Shown here: in pieces, positions 49,601-57,784 of the stretch
Layout of the letters: every line of letters starts with the position of its first letter
Position numbering within the stretch: position 1 is the first letter of the stretch
Source of the DNA: a virus
DNA length: 64,000 nt
Virus record (IMG/VR): IMGVR_UViG_3300027969_000052
Span: 64,968 to 128,967 of that record
Strand: one strand, 5' to 3'
Translations under genes and position numbers: made by a program
Notes under the pieces: generated by a model
What the model saw: only the letters and a program-made list of their open reading frames with translations
Told to the model about the DNA's origin: nothing
The model's database searches: none

Positions 49601-52600
49601 TATTATTGATTTTAAAATTACCGTGATTGGTAGTTCTGCAACATTCACTACTGCTAAACCTCATAGTTTAAAACCAGGCGATATTATTGGTGTATCAAGA
49701 TTTATTACTGAAATTAATAAAATTTTTATCGTATTGCAAGCACCCACACCTACGTCGTTTATTGTTGCTACTGACTTAGTTGCAGAGCCGTATTCTGCAA
49801 CTACTTCTAAAACTATTTCTGGGTCTTTTATTGGAAATATCACCGACAGCGGCGAAATTATTACTAACGTCACTTCGAACGAAGGCCTTGCGATAGGTGC
49901 AGAAATAATAGGTAACGGTATTGCAATAGGCACTATTATCACATCTATTAGTAAAATAGCCGATAATAATTATTCCATTTACATAAGCATTCCTTCAACA
50001 ATAACAAGTCAAGGTGTTTATATATCATATTCATATACAACCGAGAATATTATTATTGGTCAATTGTTTAAGTTTGTATCTGTTAGATTTAAAGACTTTG
50101 ATGATGTCCATAATCTACCAAATCTTGGAAGCATAGAGTTTGATGATAAAATTTGGGTAGATAGCAATCACAATAACAACAAATTTGCTGTTTATAAAAA
50201 GATTAATAATTATACGCCTTCACTAATTGATAGCGGAGTTAACAATACCGGTCAACTATGGGGATTTAGAACCTCAATAGAAACTTCGACTAGTACATTT
50301 GTTGTTAGTGCTCCGGGATATCCCGACATTAACTTTGGTCCTGGTTTAATTGTTGTTTATGAAAGAACAAATGCTAGAGCAGTTGATGCTAATACATATA
50401 TTTCTTATAGATTAAACGATGTTGGCAATACAGATTATTATGTAAGCTCAATTTCTCCGTTGTTTGGGTTTAGTTTAAAATATGATCAATACGAAGATTT
50501 AATATTTGCCGGAGCCCCTAATGCTAGTCGTATTAAACTCGGAGCCTCGGGAGCAGTAAGATATGCAAGTGTCTCTGCTTCAGCTACCCAGCTCGATTAT
50601 ACCGGCCTAGTAAAGATAACCCAATTATATAGACCAGCCGCAGTTGATATTACGCTAGGAGTGTTAGCAAGTCCGACTCCAGTAGCAGGCGGACAATTCG
50701 GTTATGACATTGCATTGAATACTGGTACAGTTAATAAGACACTCCTTGTATCAGCACCCGGTGAAGGTACAGGTAAAGTTTATGTTTATCAAATGGGCGG
50801 AAGTGTTATTGGGGCATCAGTTGCTGTTCCGGGAAGAAGGTATACAACTGCTACGACAGTAACATTAAGTTCCCCCCAGATTCAAGGAGGAAGCACGGCA
50901 ACTGCTCGAATTTCTTCTGTGACTACATATTCTAATCAAGAGCTACAAGACGATCCTTCTTTAATTGCAGGACAACTTTTAGAAATTGAAATTACAAATC
51001 CTGGTTATGGATATAATCAACCACCTACAGTAACTTTTGGAAATACTACTGGCTTAGACGCTGTAGTCAATTTTAACATTGGTGTTAGTACATCAACCCG
51101 TAGTATATTTGTTACCTCCCAAGAAACCTTAACAAACCCTCTAACATTCTTTAATAACTATCCTCCTAAGTTTGGTACAAGTATTGCATCTGCATCTGAT
51201 CTGTCAATAGTAGCAGTAGGTGCTCCAGGATATCGTGCGAATGAAGGTGCAGTATTAGTCTATACTAAATCTGGAACTAATTTTAATTTAGTACAAACTA
51301 TAAACAAGTCAAGTGAAGGCATCGTTGGAATAATTTCGTCCGGAGACAGTCTAGGCAATAAGTTAGCAATGAGTCAGGACGGCGAGTACTTATTTGTTTC
51401 TGCTCCAGGAAATCAAATCGAAGCAACACAAGGAGTAGTTTCTGTGTGGCGCTGGTCTGGTACTGCATACGTTTGGTTACAAAATCTCTTTAATCCAAAT
51501 AAGCATGCCAATACTGTTTTCGGTACCGATATTATTATAGACGAAGATAAACAGAATCTTGTTATTTCTAGTCTTGGAGATTTATATTCGAGAAGAACAA
51601 CTTTTAACATTTATAATTATAGACTGTATCCAGATACAACAGTACCGTCAAGAAAATATGTAAATGATCCAACTTCCGATACTCAAGTAAGAAAAACAAC
51701 CTTTGATGCAAATAGTACTATATTTTATGATAAGTTAGGTAATGTCGGTAACGTTAGCGTGTTTAATCGATACAACATTTACTTCTCTTATGCGCAGGAC
51801 TTAGACAGCAATCTGATTATTCAAGATAGTAATTTTGGTTATAGTATTGCGCAAGCTAATGATAATGTATATGTTGGAATGCCGAGCTCGGATACTGATG
51901 CAGGAGCATCTAACGGCTCGTTGCTAATTTTTAGTAAAATAGATTCTTCAACTAATAGTTGGTCAGAGTATCGAACACAAGATAGTTTAGTTAATACTGA
52001 TTTAGTAAAGAAGGTGTTCACTGTTAACGTTAACGATGATAGAATACAAGATTATCTAGCAATTATTGATCCAATGAAAGGAAAAGTTTCCGGAGTAGCT
52101 GATCAAGAATTAACTTATAAAACACTATTTGACCCAGCAATTTATAGTTTAGGAAATAGCGGGGTCTCTGTAGATTCAACTACAAACTGGATTGATGAAC
52201 ATATTGGGGAATTATGGTGGGACACTAGTTCGGTCAAATATGTATGGTATGAACAAGGCGAGTTAGAATATAGAAAAAATAACTGGGGATCAATTTTTCC
52301 AGGAAGTTCTATTCAAATATATGAGTGGGTACGTTCAGAATACTTGCCAAGCGAGTGGGCCGCGATTGCAGATACCAACGAAGGTATAATTAAAGGAATT
52401 AGCGGACAACCAAAATATCCAAACAACAGCGTATTAAGTATTAAACAAGTTTACAATAGCATAAGTCAAACTTTTTCAAATGTTTATTATTTCTGGGTTA
52501 AAAATAAAGTAACAGTTCCTGACATAGACACTCGCCGATTAAGCGGGTTAGAAGTTGCAGGATTGATTGCAGATCCTAGAGGACAAAATTTAAAAGCAGT

Positions 52601-55600
52601 TAATGTCTTAAGTAAAAATAGTTTTAGTTTAATTAATATTAAAGACACGATCCAGGCACAAGAAGTCAATCTGCATATCAATTATGACACAGGGTCTGAT
52701 AGTGTTCCTCGACATACTGAATGGTTGTTGCTACAGGAGAATGATCCATTTAGCAGACCACCAATTATGCTTGAAAGGAAATTAATCGAAAGTCTTGCAG
52801 GGTTTGATTCTGTAGGAAGCGAAGTTCCTGATAGCTTACTGAATGCAAAACAAAGATACGGAATTTCATTTAGACCGAGACAGAGCATGTTTGTTGATCG
52901 ATTTAATGCTCTTCGTAATTTAATAACATGGACTAATTCAATTTTATTAACTGAGCGTATAGCTAAATTTTGTACGTTTGATAATTTAAACTCATACGAT
53001 ATTATTCCAGACGAGCTGTTAAATGAGTATGATGTTATAGTTGAAGACAATTATACATTAGGTACGATTATCACTCGCGGCCTCAAGCAAGCAGAACTTG
53101 CATGTACGATAGATAGCAGAGGTAGAATTGACCAAGTAACAGTTACCAATCCAGGTAACGGATATAACGCACTTCGCCCTCCTACAGTTACAGTTACTGG
53201 TACAGGTGAAAATGCTATAATCAAAACAATTCTAAATGAACTAGGACAAGTCATCGGCGCAACAGTTGAAAGCGGTGGAACCGGATTTACGTCTATTCCT
53301 ACTCTGTCAGTTAGACCGTATACAGTTATAGTACAGTCCGATATAGATGCCGCGGGCTTCTGGACAAAGCTCCAGTGGGATCAAAATATTAAAGAATGGG
53401 TAAGAAGAGAAACTCAAAAATATGATACTCGATTATTTTGGAATTTTGTTGATTGGCAAGATCCTACCTATAATGCTTTGCAAGACTTTGCAGATACTGT
53501 AGCAGATACATATGAACTTAATGCAGTTAACATAGTTGCAGGCGAGTACGTTAAAGTTAAGAATGCAGGTAACGGCACATACATGGTGTTAAGGAGAGTA
53601 GATGCATCCACTGTAGGTACATGGAGTAAAGAGTGGGATGTAGTATACGAAGAAAACGGAACCATACAAATCACAGATAAAATTTGGAATCAAGATCTTA
53701 CTGACTTTGCTTTTGACGAAATTGCGGCTTTTGATCAAACACTTTTTGATCAGAGCATAAACCAAGAATTGATTTTTATACTACGTGCAATTAAAGACGA
53801 ATTATTTGTTAATTCTTTATCACAGTACTGGAATCAGTTCTTCTTCAAAGCAGTAAAATATGCAATGCACGAACAAACTAATTTAGACTGGGCATTTAAA
53901 ACTTCGTTTATAAACGTTACAAACGAGGCAGGCGCATTAGATCAACGTCCTTCTTACAAGTTACAAGATAGTTCCTACTATGAAAAATGGATTAATGAAG
54001 TTAAGCCATATCATACAAAGATAAGAAACTTCACCGTAAAATATGACAATCAAGAAAGCAGTGAAACTTTTACAACAGATTTTGATTTATCACCGTATTA
54101 CAATTCTGTAACAGACACGTTTGAAACTTTAAGTAAGACCTCCCCGGCAGTACTTCAGTATCCTTATAGATCATGGTATGATAACTTTACACATAGCGTA
54201 AACGCTATAGCAGTATATGATAGTGGCGAAGACTACATTACTCCTCCAACAGTTAAAATTATTTCAGCGCCCGGTGATTTGGGAGCAGGCGCCACAGCGC
54301 GAGCGTATATTAGTTTAGGAAAAGTTTACGAAATTGAAATAATAAAACCTGGAACAGGTTATACATTAACGCCGACAGTTTACCTAGAAGGCGGATTGGG
54401 TCTTGCAGGAAAACCTGCTAAAGCTTCGGCCTATTTAAGTAACGGAAAAGTTAGATCCAATAACCTAACTTTAAAATTTGATAGGATAGGATATAATAGA
54501 GAGATTGTAGATTTATCCTACACAGATCAATTTATCGGTGACGGCCAAGCATATACTTTTAACTTAACATGGGTGCCCCGCTTAGATAGAAATACTATTA
54601 TATTAAAACAAAATAATTCTCTAATTTTAAATGATAAATTTACAATTGAGCATTATACTGAAGAATATACTAATACTAACGGACTTACTTTTACAAAACG
54701 ATATGGAAGATTAAAATTAAATTTTGTTCCAATAATCAATGCAGTACTAACAGTTGATTATATTAAAGATGTAGAATTTTTATCAGCATACGATAGAATT
54801 GATGAATACTATGCTCCTCTTCCAGGAATGCCCGGCAAGGACCCTGAGCAATTAATGAAAGGTCTCAGTTATGGCGGCGTAAAAATAGAGACATTGCCGT
54901 TTAGCTATTCTAGTGCATGGGACACATTAAAGTATTGGGAAGGCGCATGGGATAGTTATTCAGCTGAAACAAACTACGGAATTGTAAAAAATCCTCAAAG
55001 TAATTTCGAGGACGAACTATTATCATTACAAAATGAAGAAGCTCAGGCTACTGCACAGTTGGGTTTCTGGCAAAATAGATACACTCAGCTGAATATTGAT
55101 ATTATAGATGTTCCTCCATTTATTATAGTTGGGTCCGGATTTGGAACTCAATATATTCCAAACCCTCAATATTCTTATATACTTAATTTAATAGGGCAAT
55201 CAACCTCGCAAATTTCGTACTGGTCTGGATTAAAGAATCAACTAAGCAATCAAGTAGTCTATGTACAACAAGGTCTAGTACCAGTAGTAACGCCTTTTAC
55301 TGTCAGTTCAGGAACCTATATTAACGTCTATCTAAATTCTGGAACAGGCGTTTCAGTAAGAATAGATCAAAATACAAGTACTGCAATTACACAAACTATT
55401 ATTGGTCAGAATAATACCGCTACAGTTTATATTCCGTTGACTAGTTTTAATACCGCTACTGATAATATAGTAACTTTTAGAGATCAAACAAGTGATGGCA
55501 CAGTTCTTCCTGCTGACCCTGACGCCCTTGACGTTGTTATTGACGGTGGTCCATTAGACAGTATTACGCTCGGTATTCTTCCTGCAGATATTAATATTGA

Positions 55601-57779
55601 TGGATATAAGTTTTTAGATCCTTCAAGCAGTTATGCACCAGAGGAACTATTACCTGGACAGGTTCAAGAAGCTATTGGCATTACTGTGTTTGAACAAAAA
55701 ACACAAGCTAGCCCCTATATTTTAAATCGTCGATACGAGCTAACAGCAAATTTAACATATCCGATTGGCATGAAGGTGGCTAGTACTGCATCTGTATTTG
55801 TTGTTGCAGATACTACTCCTTTAAGGATATATAGAGACTATACAGTTAATACTATTGCTGGAACAATAACATTAACTAGCCCTGCAACTACACAAACATG
55901 GTTGAGCATTACTAGTTTAACAGCAGGCGGAATCGGCTTAATAGATTATCAACTGGTACGGAATTCGTCAAGCACTTCGACAACTATTGTTTCGGTTGCA
56001 AGTTTATCTGCTATTAACGATGCTTATGTAACAGTTAATGGCATTGAAACTACAAATTTCTTTATTGAAGCCGCCCCGGGCAGATCAAAAAATAAAAATC
56101 CAAAAGGAGCCGTCCGAGTTTTACACGATCCAATAGGGACTAAAGAGATTCAAGTATGGATGTTTACCGGAGAATCAAAAGCGTATAGTCAAGTACACGA
56201 ACAAATTTTCTCAAATGTTCCAAACACAACTACTGAATTTACATTAACAAATCCTCCAGGAGTTGTACTACCACACCATTCACAAGTAATTGTTGAATGG
56301 AATAAAAAGCGATTAGTTCCACCACAAACTACATATTACGTAGTTGAAGAAGGAAAATACGAGTACGATATTGCACCGAATGATCCAGTTATTCCGGGAC
56401 AAGTTGATTTGCGAGTATTAGAAGTTTATAAAAATGGAGAAAAATTGATTCCTAGTATAGACTATCAATTAACACCTCCTCCTACTCGAGTATTATTTGG
56501 TAGTGAAAAAATTAAAACAGGAGATGCGTTAGCAATCGTTATCCTTCGATTCCATGACTACGAAATACAAGATGGAAAGGTTGTTTTAACTACTGCTGTT
56601 CCGAGAGACCAGGCCGGCGCATTATCTGATACTTTACGGGTTATAACATTTAATAATCATGATGCTGACGGCATCCGAAAAGAAAAATATCAATCAAATC
56701 GCCTTGGCAAATACACATTAAGCAGAGAAATATCTAACTCAAATTATATTTGGGTAGAATATAATAGAAAACCTTTAATCAATGAAATTGATTATATGTT
56801 AGATGACAATAATAAAACTATTACACTTAGAGACGGAATTTTTGAATCAACAGATGATGAAATTATAGTTACGTCATTAAATGATAATGCATATTCAGGC
56901 GCTACTGCTTATCGTATGTTTACAGATATTGTTGGTCGTACAAGTTATAAGAGATTAAGTCAAAGTAATACAACTCGTCTTGCAGAACCATTAGTTGGAA
57001 ATGATACAAAAATTACAGTAGAAGATGCAAGTGTGCTTTCAGTACCTGCTCCTGAAAAGAACCTTCCGGGCATTGTTTACATTGCTGGCGAGCGTATTGA
57101 ATTTTTTACAGTCAATAACAACATATTGTCACAGCTAAGAAGAGGTACATTAGGAACAGGTATCCTTGATGGTTATCCAAAAGGAACCTTAGTTATTGAT
57201 CAAGGTAAAGCACAAAATTTACCAGTTACTGATACTACTGAAATTGAAAAATTTGTGTCTACAGTTACAACCAATGTATTCACATTAACTAGCATTGCAA
57301 TTACTGGAATAACTAACAAACTGTGGATCGATCCTATTACTGGGTTGACTCGATCGATTAATGCTCCTCCGTTAACAGACCTATTTACGGTAAACTACGG
57401 CGGCTTACCGCTACTCAAACCAACAGTTAACCCTGTAACAACTTCTTCTTTAGCAGTTGCTTACGATTCGGGGGAAACTAACACATTTGGAATCCTCAAC
57501 ACTAGTACTATAAATCCTCAGTTCACCATGAGCTCTGTGATAATTAATAGTGTTGAACGGCCAGTAGTGCATTTTGATTTTGATATCCAGCCAGGCGTCG
57601 AAGTAACAGTAGTAAAACGAACCGGCAAAATATTTGAAAATACTACGGTGTTTAAGTTCTTAGAAGAGAGCCCAGCACCGTTACCGACTGATGATTATTA
57701 CCCAGGCGATCCAGTTATCATTCTTGAAACTGGCGCTGTATTAACTGATGAAGAAGAGAACCCTCTAGAAGGAATTTAA
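43680..57779 (+). CDS. Giant 4699-aa multidomain baseplate wedge protein (gp7-like position)
   Basis: Follows gp6; N-terminal LLPGYLQT..NKRFL; YIREKGT and EVKPYHTK wedge motifs; FG-GAP-like propeller blades; NPGxGYxxxPTV repeats; two CBM-like modules. Confidence 0.8.
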   Translation: MKRKKSPNELVDAYNADASDHQRQTANLLPGYLQTDKNKRFLSATLDKLIEVPQIERINAFVGSKLTNTFNPETDQYLDSTTELAKDYQLEPALIIKNAKNNIDKVQTYDDLLSSLAFAGSPAKNHDRILQAKTFSYNPHIDWDKFVNYNQYYWLEAGPDLIEITGPIKATVSTYTVTDSPDTDVWIISPDGLTPNPVLTLFRGMTYVFNVDSSHNFYIKTAISYGKEDTYDKALNNGPKQGQVILTVDDNTPSTLFYVASDDQRIAGRIIVKKLTENSEIDVEKDILGKTTYSSGNDVQFTNGLMVYFSGQVTPEKYKNKRYIVEGVGEEIVLIDFDTLKNNVNASNNLDTDFDVEPFDKFPFDDFRNAPISPEYVTINRASRDLNPWTRYNRWFHKDVIAASATANGTDPVYPVDKRAKRPIIEFRPNIKLYNFGYSAMSNINLMDNSTLDAFTNVERSFGYYVDGVKLEEGFRVIFNADTDPLVRGRVYTVKFEDLDGNQRINLIEDPQGIPYDGATIVNSDGTNYKGSSWLWNGTSWDPAQQKTTINQAPIFDLFDENGISFSNTDYYQGSFAGTRIFGYTEGTVYDSVLGLNLKFLNVANIGDFLFSNYFNTDSFVISNTAKNIVFPVSSGYLKIATDSSTSFNNVWVESESSRIPILQYNIITEISNIVEINAIDYPGWTEDLTIDVWINDKKQKLGTDFNFSVQDQFYFAIFVNNLALHDKVLFKIYTTRAPNALGYYEPSPALTNNPTNGPIAQVTLAEMSDNFKTIVERLDNFSGNVIGENNFRDLGQASKYGTRLISHQYPLSFAQLFLGQQEYNLVTAIRKVANDYYYYKNSFVNKLLTIPKETLPRDAVDQILVELNLGKDINFPYGFSDMLTYGKDYKSRTYTVTDTRITSYSIDSSFDSSALTERAILVYRNDLILTHGVDYTFDKYQANVTFNFTLTLGDVIVIKDYATTEGCYIPPTPTKLGLFPKYQPQLYIDDTYLTSTKVLQGHDGSIMVAFNDYRDDILFEFETRIFNNIKVSYNADLINVNSILPGAYRTNAFTPVEVTQILEVEFLRWAGMSGVDHTTNSGTSQGQPRTYNYRESSTGAIQTLTVPGHWRGIFKYFYDTDRPHTSPWEMLGFTEKPLWWTTVYGLAPYTSGNTILWRDIANGVIKQGSRAGTWLEYSRQNLLDYLPVDEYGNLKDPVSIGLIKDLSFTTIDAPWKFGDHAPAETAWRRSVLWPFAVQVLAALTNPAAYAALMFDPVRIKKSIAGQYSYGDNEELLKINNVILYRDTIDNQRQLASGYSVMLIEHGLQKSSNFLTSLKLDISNIEYRLVYKAEGFISKEKLKVVIDSVDPTSTNPGVLLPAEDYNIVLSKSNPISTFRISGVIVQKGQGFWTVRGYDKYKPYFEIVEPIHGLGDSEIRVGGKGENYLTWAQNKFYQSGQVVFNSNIFYRTKSSHTSDTSFDVTKFQKLNGLPVTGGISVAKSKNYNSTITKIPYGTKFLTQQAIADFLLGYGKYLENQGFVFDYLNSEFSEIMNWEFSTKEFLFWATQNWSVGSIITLSPFADKLKFSTTSGIGDAVYGVADDLYNENYEFSLLSADGSAFPKNGFLLSRLDGEFEISTAFPRVGVYYAQFNMIQKQHAIVFNNYSMFNDIIYDVETGYRQRRVKLIGFRTSEWTGGFTSPGFVFDEAIVNDWQAYKDYSAGEVVRYNGRYYGAITKIFGADTFNFDNWNKLAEEPSPGLLPNFDYKISQFEDFYSLDIDNFDTGQQQMAQHLTGYSPRVYLDNIFNDGIAQYKFYQGYIREKGTANAINKISKATVNSLKGKATFNESWAFRIGHFGGYNTYQELEINLDDSKFIQNPQIVQFIDYEKITNDFTYYKPVKDVLIQPEDYDWKTVFPTFDPIAFGDSNNIDYITPLPNAGYVRLDDITATAFNKNSLLDIASADAIKEGSTFWLGFREDGDWDVLRYTRQKNAIIDFKITVIGSSATFTTAKPHSLKPGDIIGVSRFITEINKIFIVLQAPTPTSFIVATDLVAEPYSATTSKTISGSFIGNITDSGEIITNVTSNEGLAIGAEIIGNGIAIGTIITSISKIADNNYSIYISIPSTITSQGVYISYSYTTENIIIGQLFKFVSVRFKDFDDVHNLPNLGSIEFDDKIWVDSNHNNNKFAVYKKINNYTPSLIDSGVNNTGQLWGFRTSIETSTSTFVVSAPGYPDINFGPGLIVVYERTNARAVDANTYISYRLNDVGNTDYYVSSISPLFGFSLKYDQYEDLIFAGAPNASRIKLGASGAVRYASVSASATQLDYTGLVKITQLYRPAAVDITLGVLASPTPVAGGQFGYDIALNTGTVNKTLLVSAPGEGTGKVYVYQMGGSVIGASVAVPGRRYTTATTVTLSSPQIQGGSTATARISSVTTYSNQELQDDPSLIAGQLLEIEITNPGYGYNQPPTVTFGNTTGLDAVVNFNIGVSTSTRSIFVTSQETLTNPLTFFNNYPPKFGTSIASASDLSIVAVGAPGYRANEGAVLVYTKSGTNFNLVQTINKSSEGIVGIISSGDSLGNKLAMSQDGEYLFVSAPGNQIEATQGVVSVWRWSGTAYVWLQNLFNPNKHANTVFGTDIIIDEDKQNLVISSLGDLYSRRTTFNIYNYRLYPDTTVPSRKYVNDPTSDTQVRKTTFDANSTIFYDKLGNVGNVSVFNRYNIYFSYAQDLDSNLIIQDSNFGYSIAQANDNVYVGMPSSDTDAGASNGSLLIFSKIDSSTNSWSEYRTQDSLVNTDLVKKVFTVNVNDDRIQDYLAIIDPMKGKVSGVADQELTYKTLFDPAIYSLGNSGVSVDSTTNWIDEHIGELWWDTSSVKYVWYEQGELEYRKNNWGSIFPGSSIQIYEWVRSEYLPSEWAAIADTNEGIIKGISGQPKYPNNSVLSIKQVYNSISQTFSNVYYFWVKNKVTVPDIDTRRLSGLEVAGLIADPRGQNLKAVNVLSKNSFSLINIKDTIQAQEVNLHINYDTGSDSVPRHTEWLLLQENDPFSRPPIMLERKLIESLAGFDSVGSEVPDSLLNAKQRYGISFRPRQSMFVDRFNALRNLITWTNSILLTERIAKFCTFDNLNSYDIIPDELLNEYDVIVEDNYTLGTIITRGLKQAELACTIDSRGRIDQVTVTNPGNGYNALRPPTVTVTGTGENAIIKTILNELGQVIGATVESGGTGFTSIPTLSVRPYTVIVQSDIDAAGFWTKLQWDQNIKEWVRRETQKYDTRLFWNFVDWQDPTYNALQDFADTVADTYELNAVNIVAGEYVKVKNAGNGTYMVLRRVDASTVGTWSKEWDVVYEENGTIQITDKIWNQDLTDFAFDEIAAFDQTLFDQSINQELIFILRAIKDELFVNSLSQYWNQFFFKAVKYAMHEQTNLDWAFKTSFINVTNEAGALDQRPSYKLQDSSYYEKWINEVKPYHTKIRNFTVKYDNQESSETFTTDFDLSPYYNSVTDTFETLSKTSPAVLQYPYRSWYDNFTHSVNAIAVYDSGEDYITPPTVKIISAPGDLGAGATARAYISLGKVYEIEIIKPGTGYTLTPTVYLEGGLGLAGKPAKASAYLSNGKVRSNNLTLKFDRIGYNREIVDLSYTDQFIGDGQAYTFNLTWVPRLDRNTIILKQNNSLILNDKFTIEHYTEEYTNTNGLTFTKRYGRLKLNFVPIINAVLTVDYIKDVEFLSAYDRIDEYYAPLPGMPGKDPEQLMKGLSYGGVKIETLPFSYSSAWDTLKYWEGAWDSYSAETNYGIVKNPQSNFEDELLSLQNEEAQATAQLGFWQNRYTQLNIDIIDVPPFIIVGSGFGTQYIPNPQYSYILNLIGQSTSQISYWSGLKNQLSNQVVYVQQGLVPVVTPFTVSSGTYINVYLNSGTGVSVRIDQNTSTAITQTIIGQNNTATVYIPLTSFNTATDNIVTFRDQTSDGTVLPADPDALDVVIDGGPLDSITLGILPADINIDGYKFLDPSSSYAPEELLPGQVQEAIGITVFEQKTQASPYILNRRYELTANLTYPIGMKVASTASVFVVADTTPLRIYRDYTVNTIAGTITLTSPATTQTWLSITSLTAGGIGLIDYQLVRNSSSTSTTIVSVASLSAINDAYVTVNGIETTNFFIEAAPGRSKNKNPKGAVRVLHDPIGTKEIQVWMFTGESKAYSQVHEQIFSNVPNTTTEFTLTNPPGVVLPHHSQVIVEWNKKRLVPPQTTYYVVEEGKYEYDIAPNDPVIPGQVDLRVLEVYKNGEKLIPSIDYQLTPPPTRVLFGSEKIKTGDALAIVILRFHDYEIQDGKVVLTTAVPRDQAGALSDTLRVITFNNHDADGIRKEKYQSNRLGKYTLSREISNSNYIWVEYNRKPLINEIDYMLDDNNKTITLRDGIFESTDDEIIVTSLNDNAYSGATAYRMFTDIVGRTSYKRLSQSNTTRLAEPLVGNDTKITVEDASVLSVPAPEKNLPGIVYIAGERIEFFTVNNNILSQLRRGTLGTGILDGYPKGTLVIDQGKAQNLPVTDTTEIEKFVSTVTTNVFTLTSIAITGITNKLWIDPITGLTRSINAPPLTDLFTVNYGGLPLLKPTVNPVTTSSLAVAYDSGETNTFGILNTSTINPQFTMSSVIINSVERPVVHFDFDIQPGVEVTVVKRTGKIFENTTVFKFLEESPAPLPTDDYYPGDPVIILETGAVLTDEEENPLEGI

Positions 57780-57784
57780 TAACT

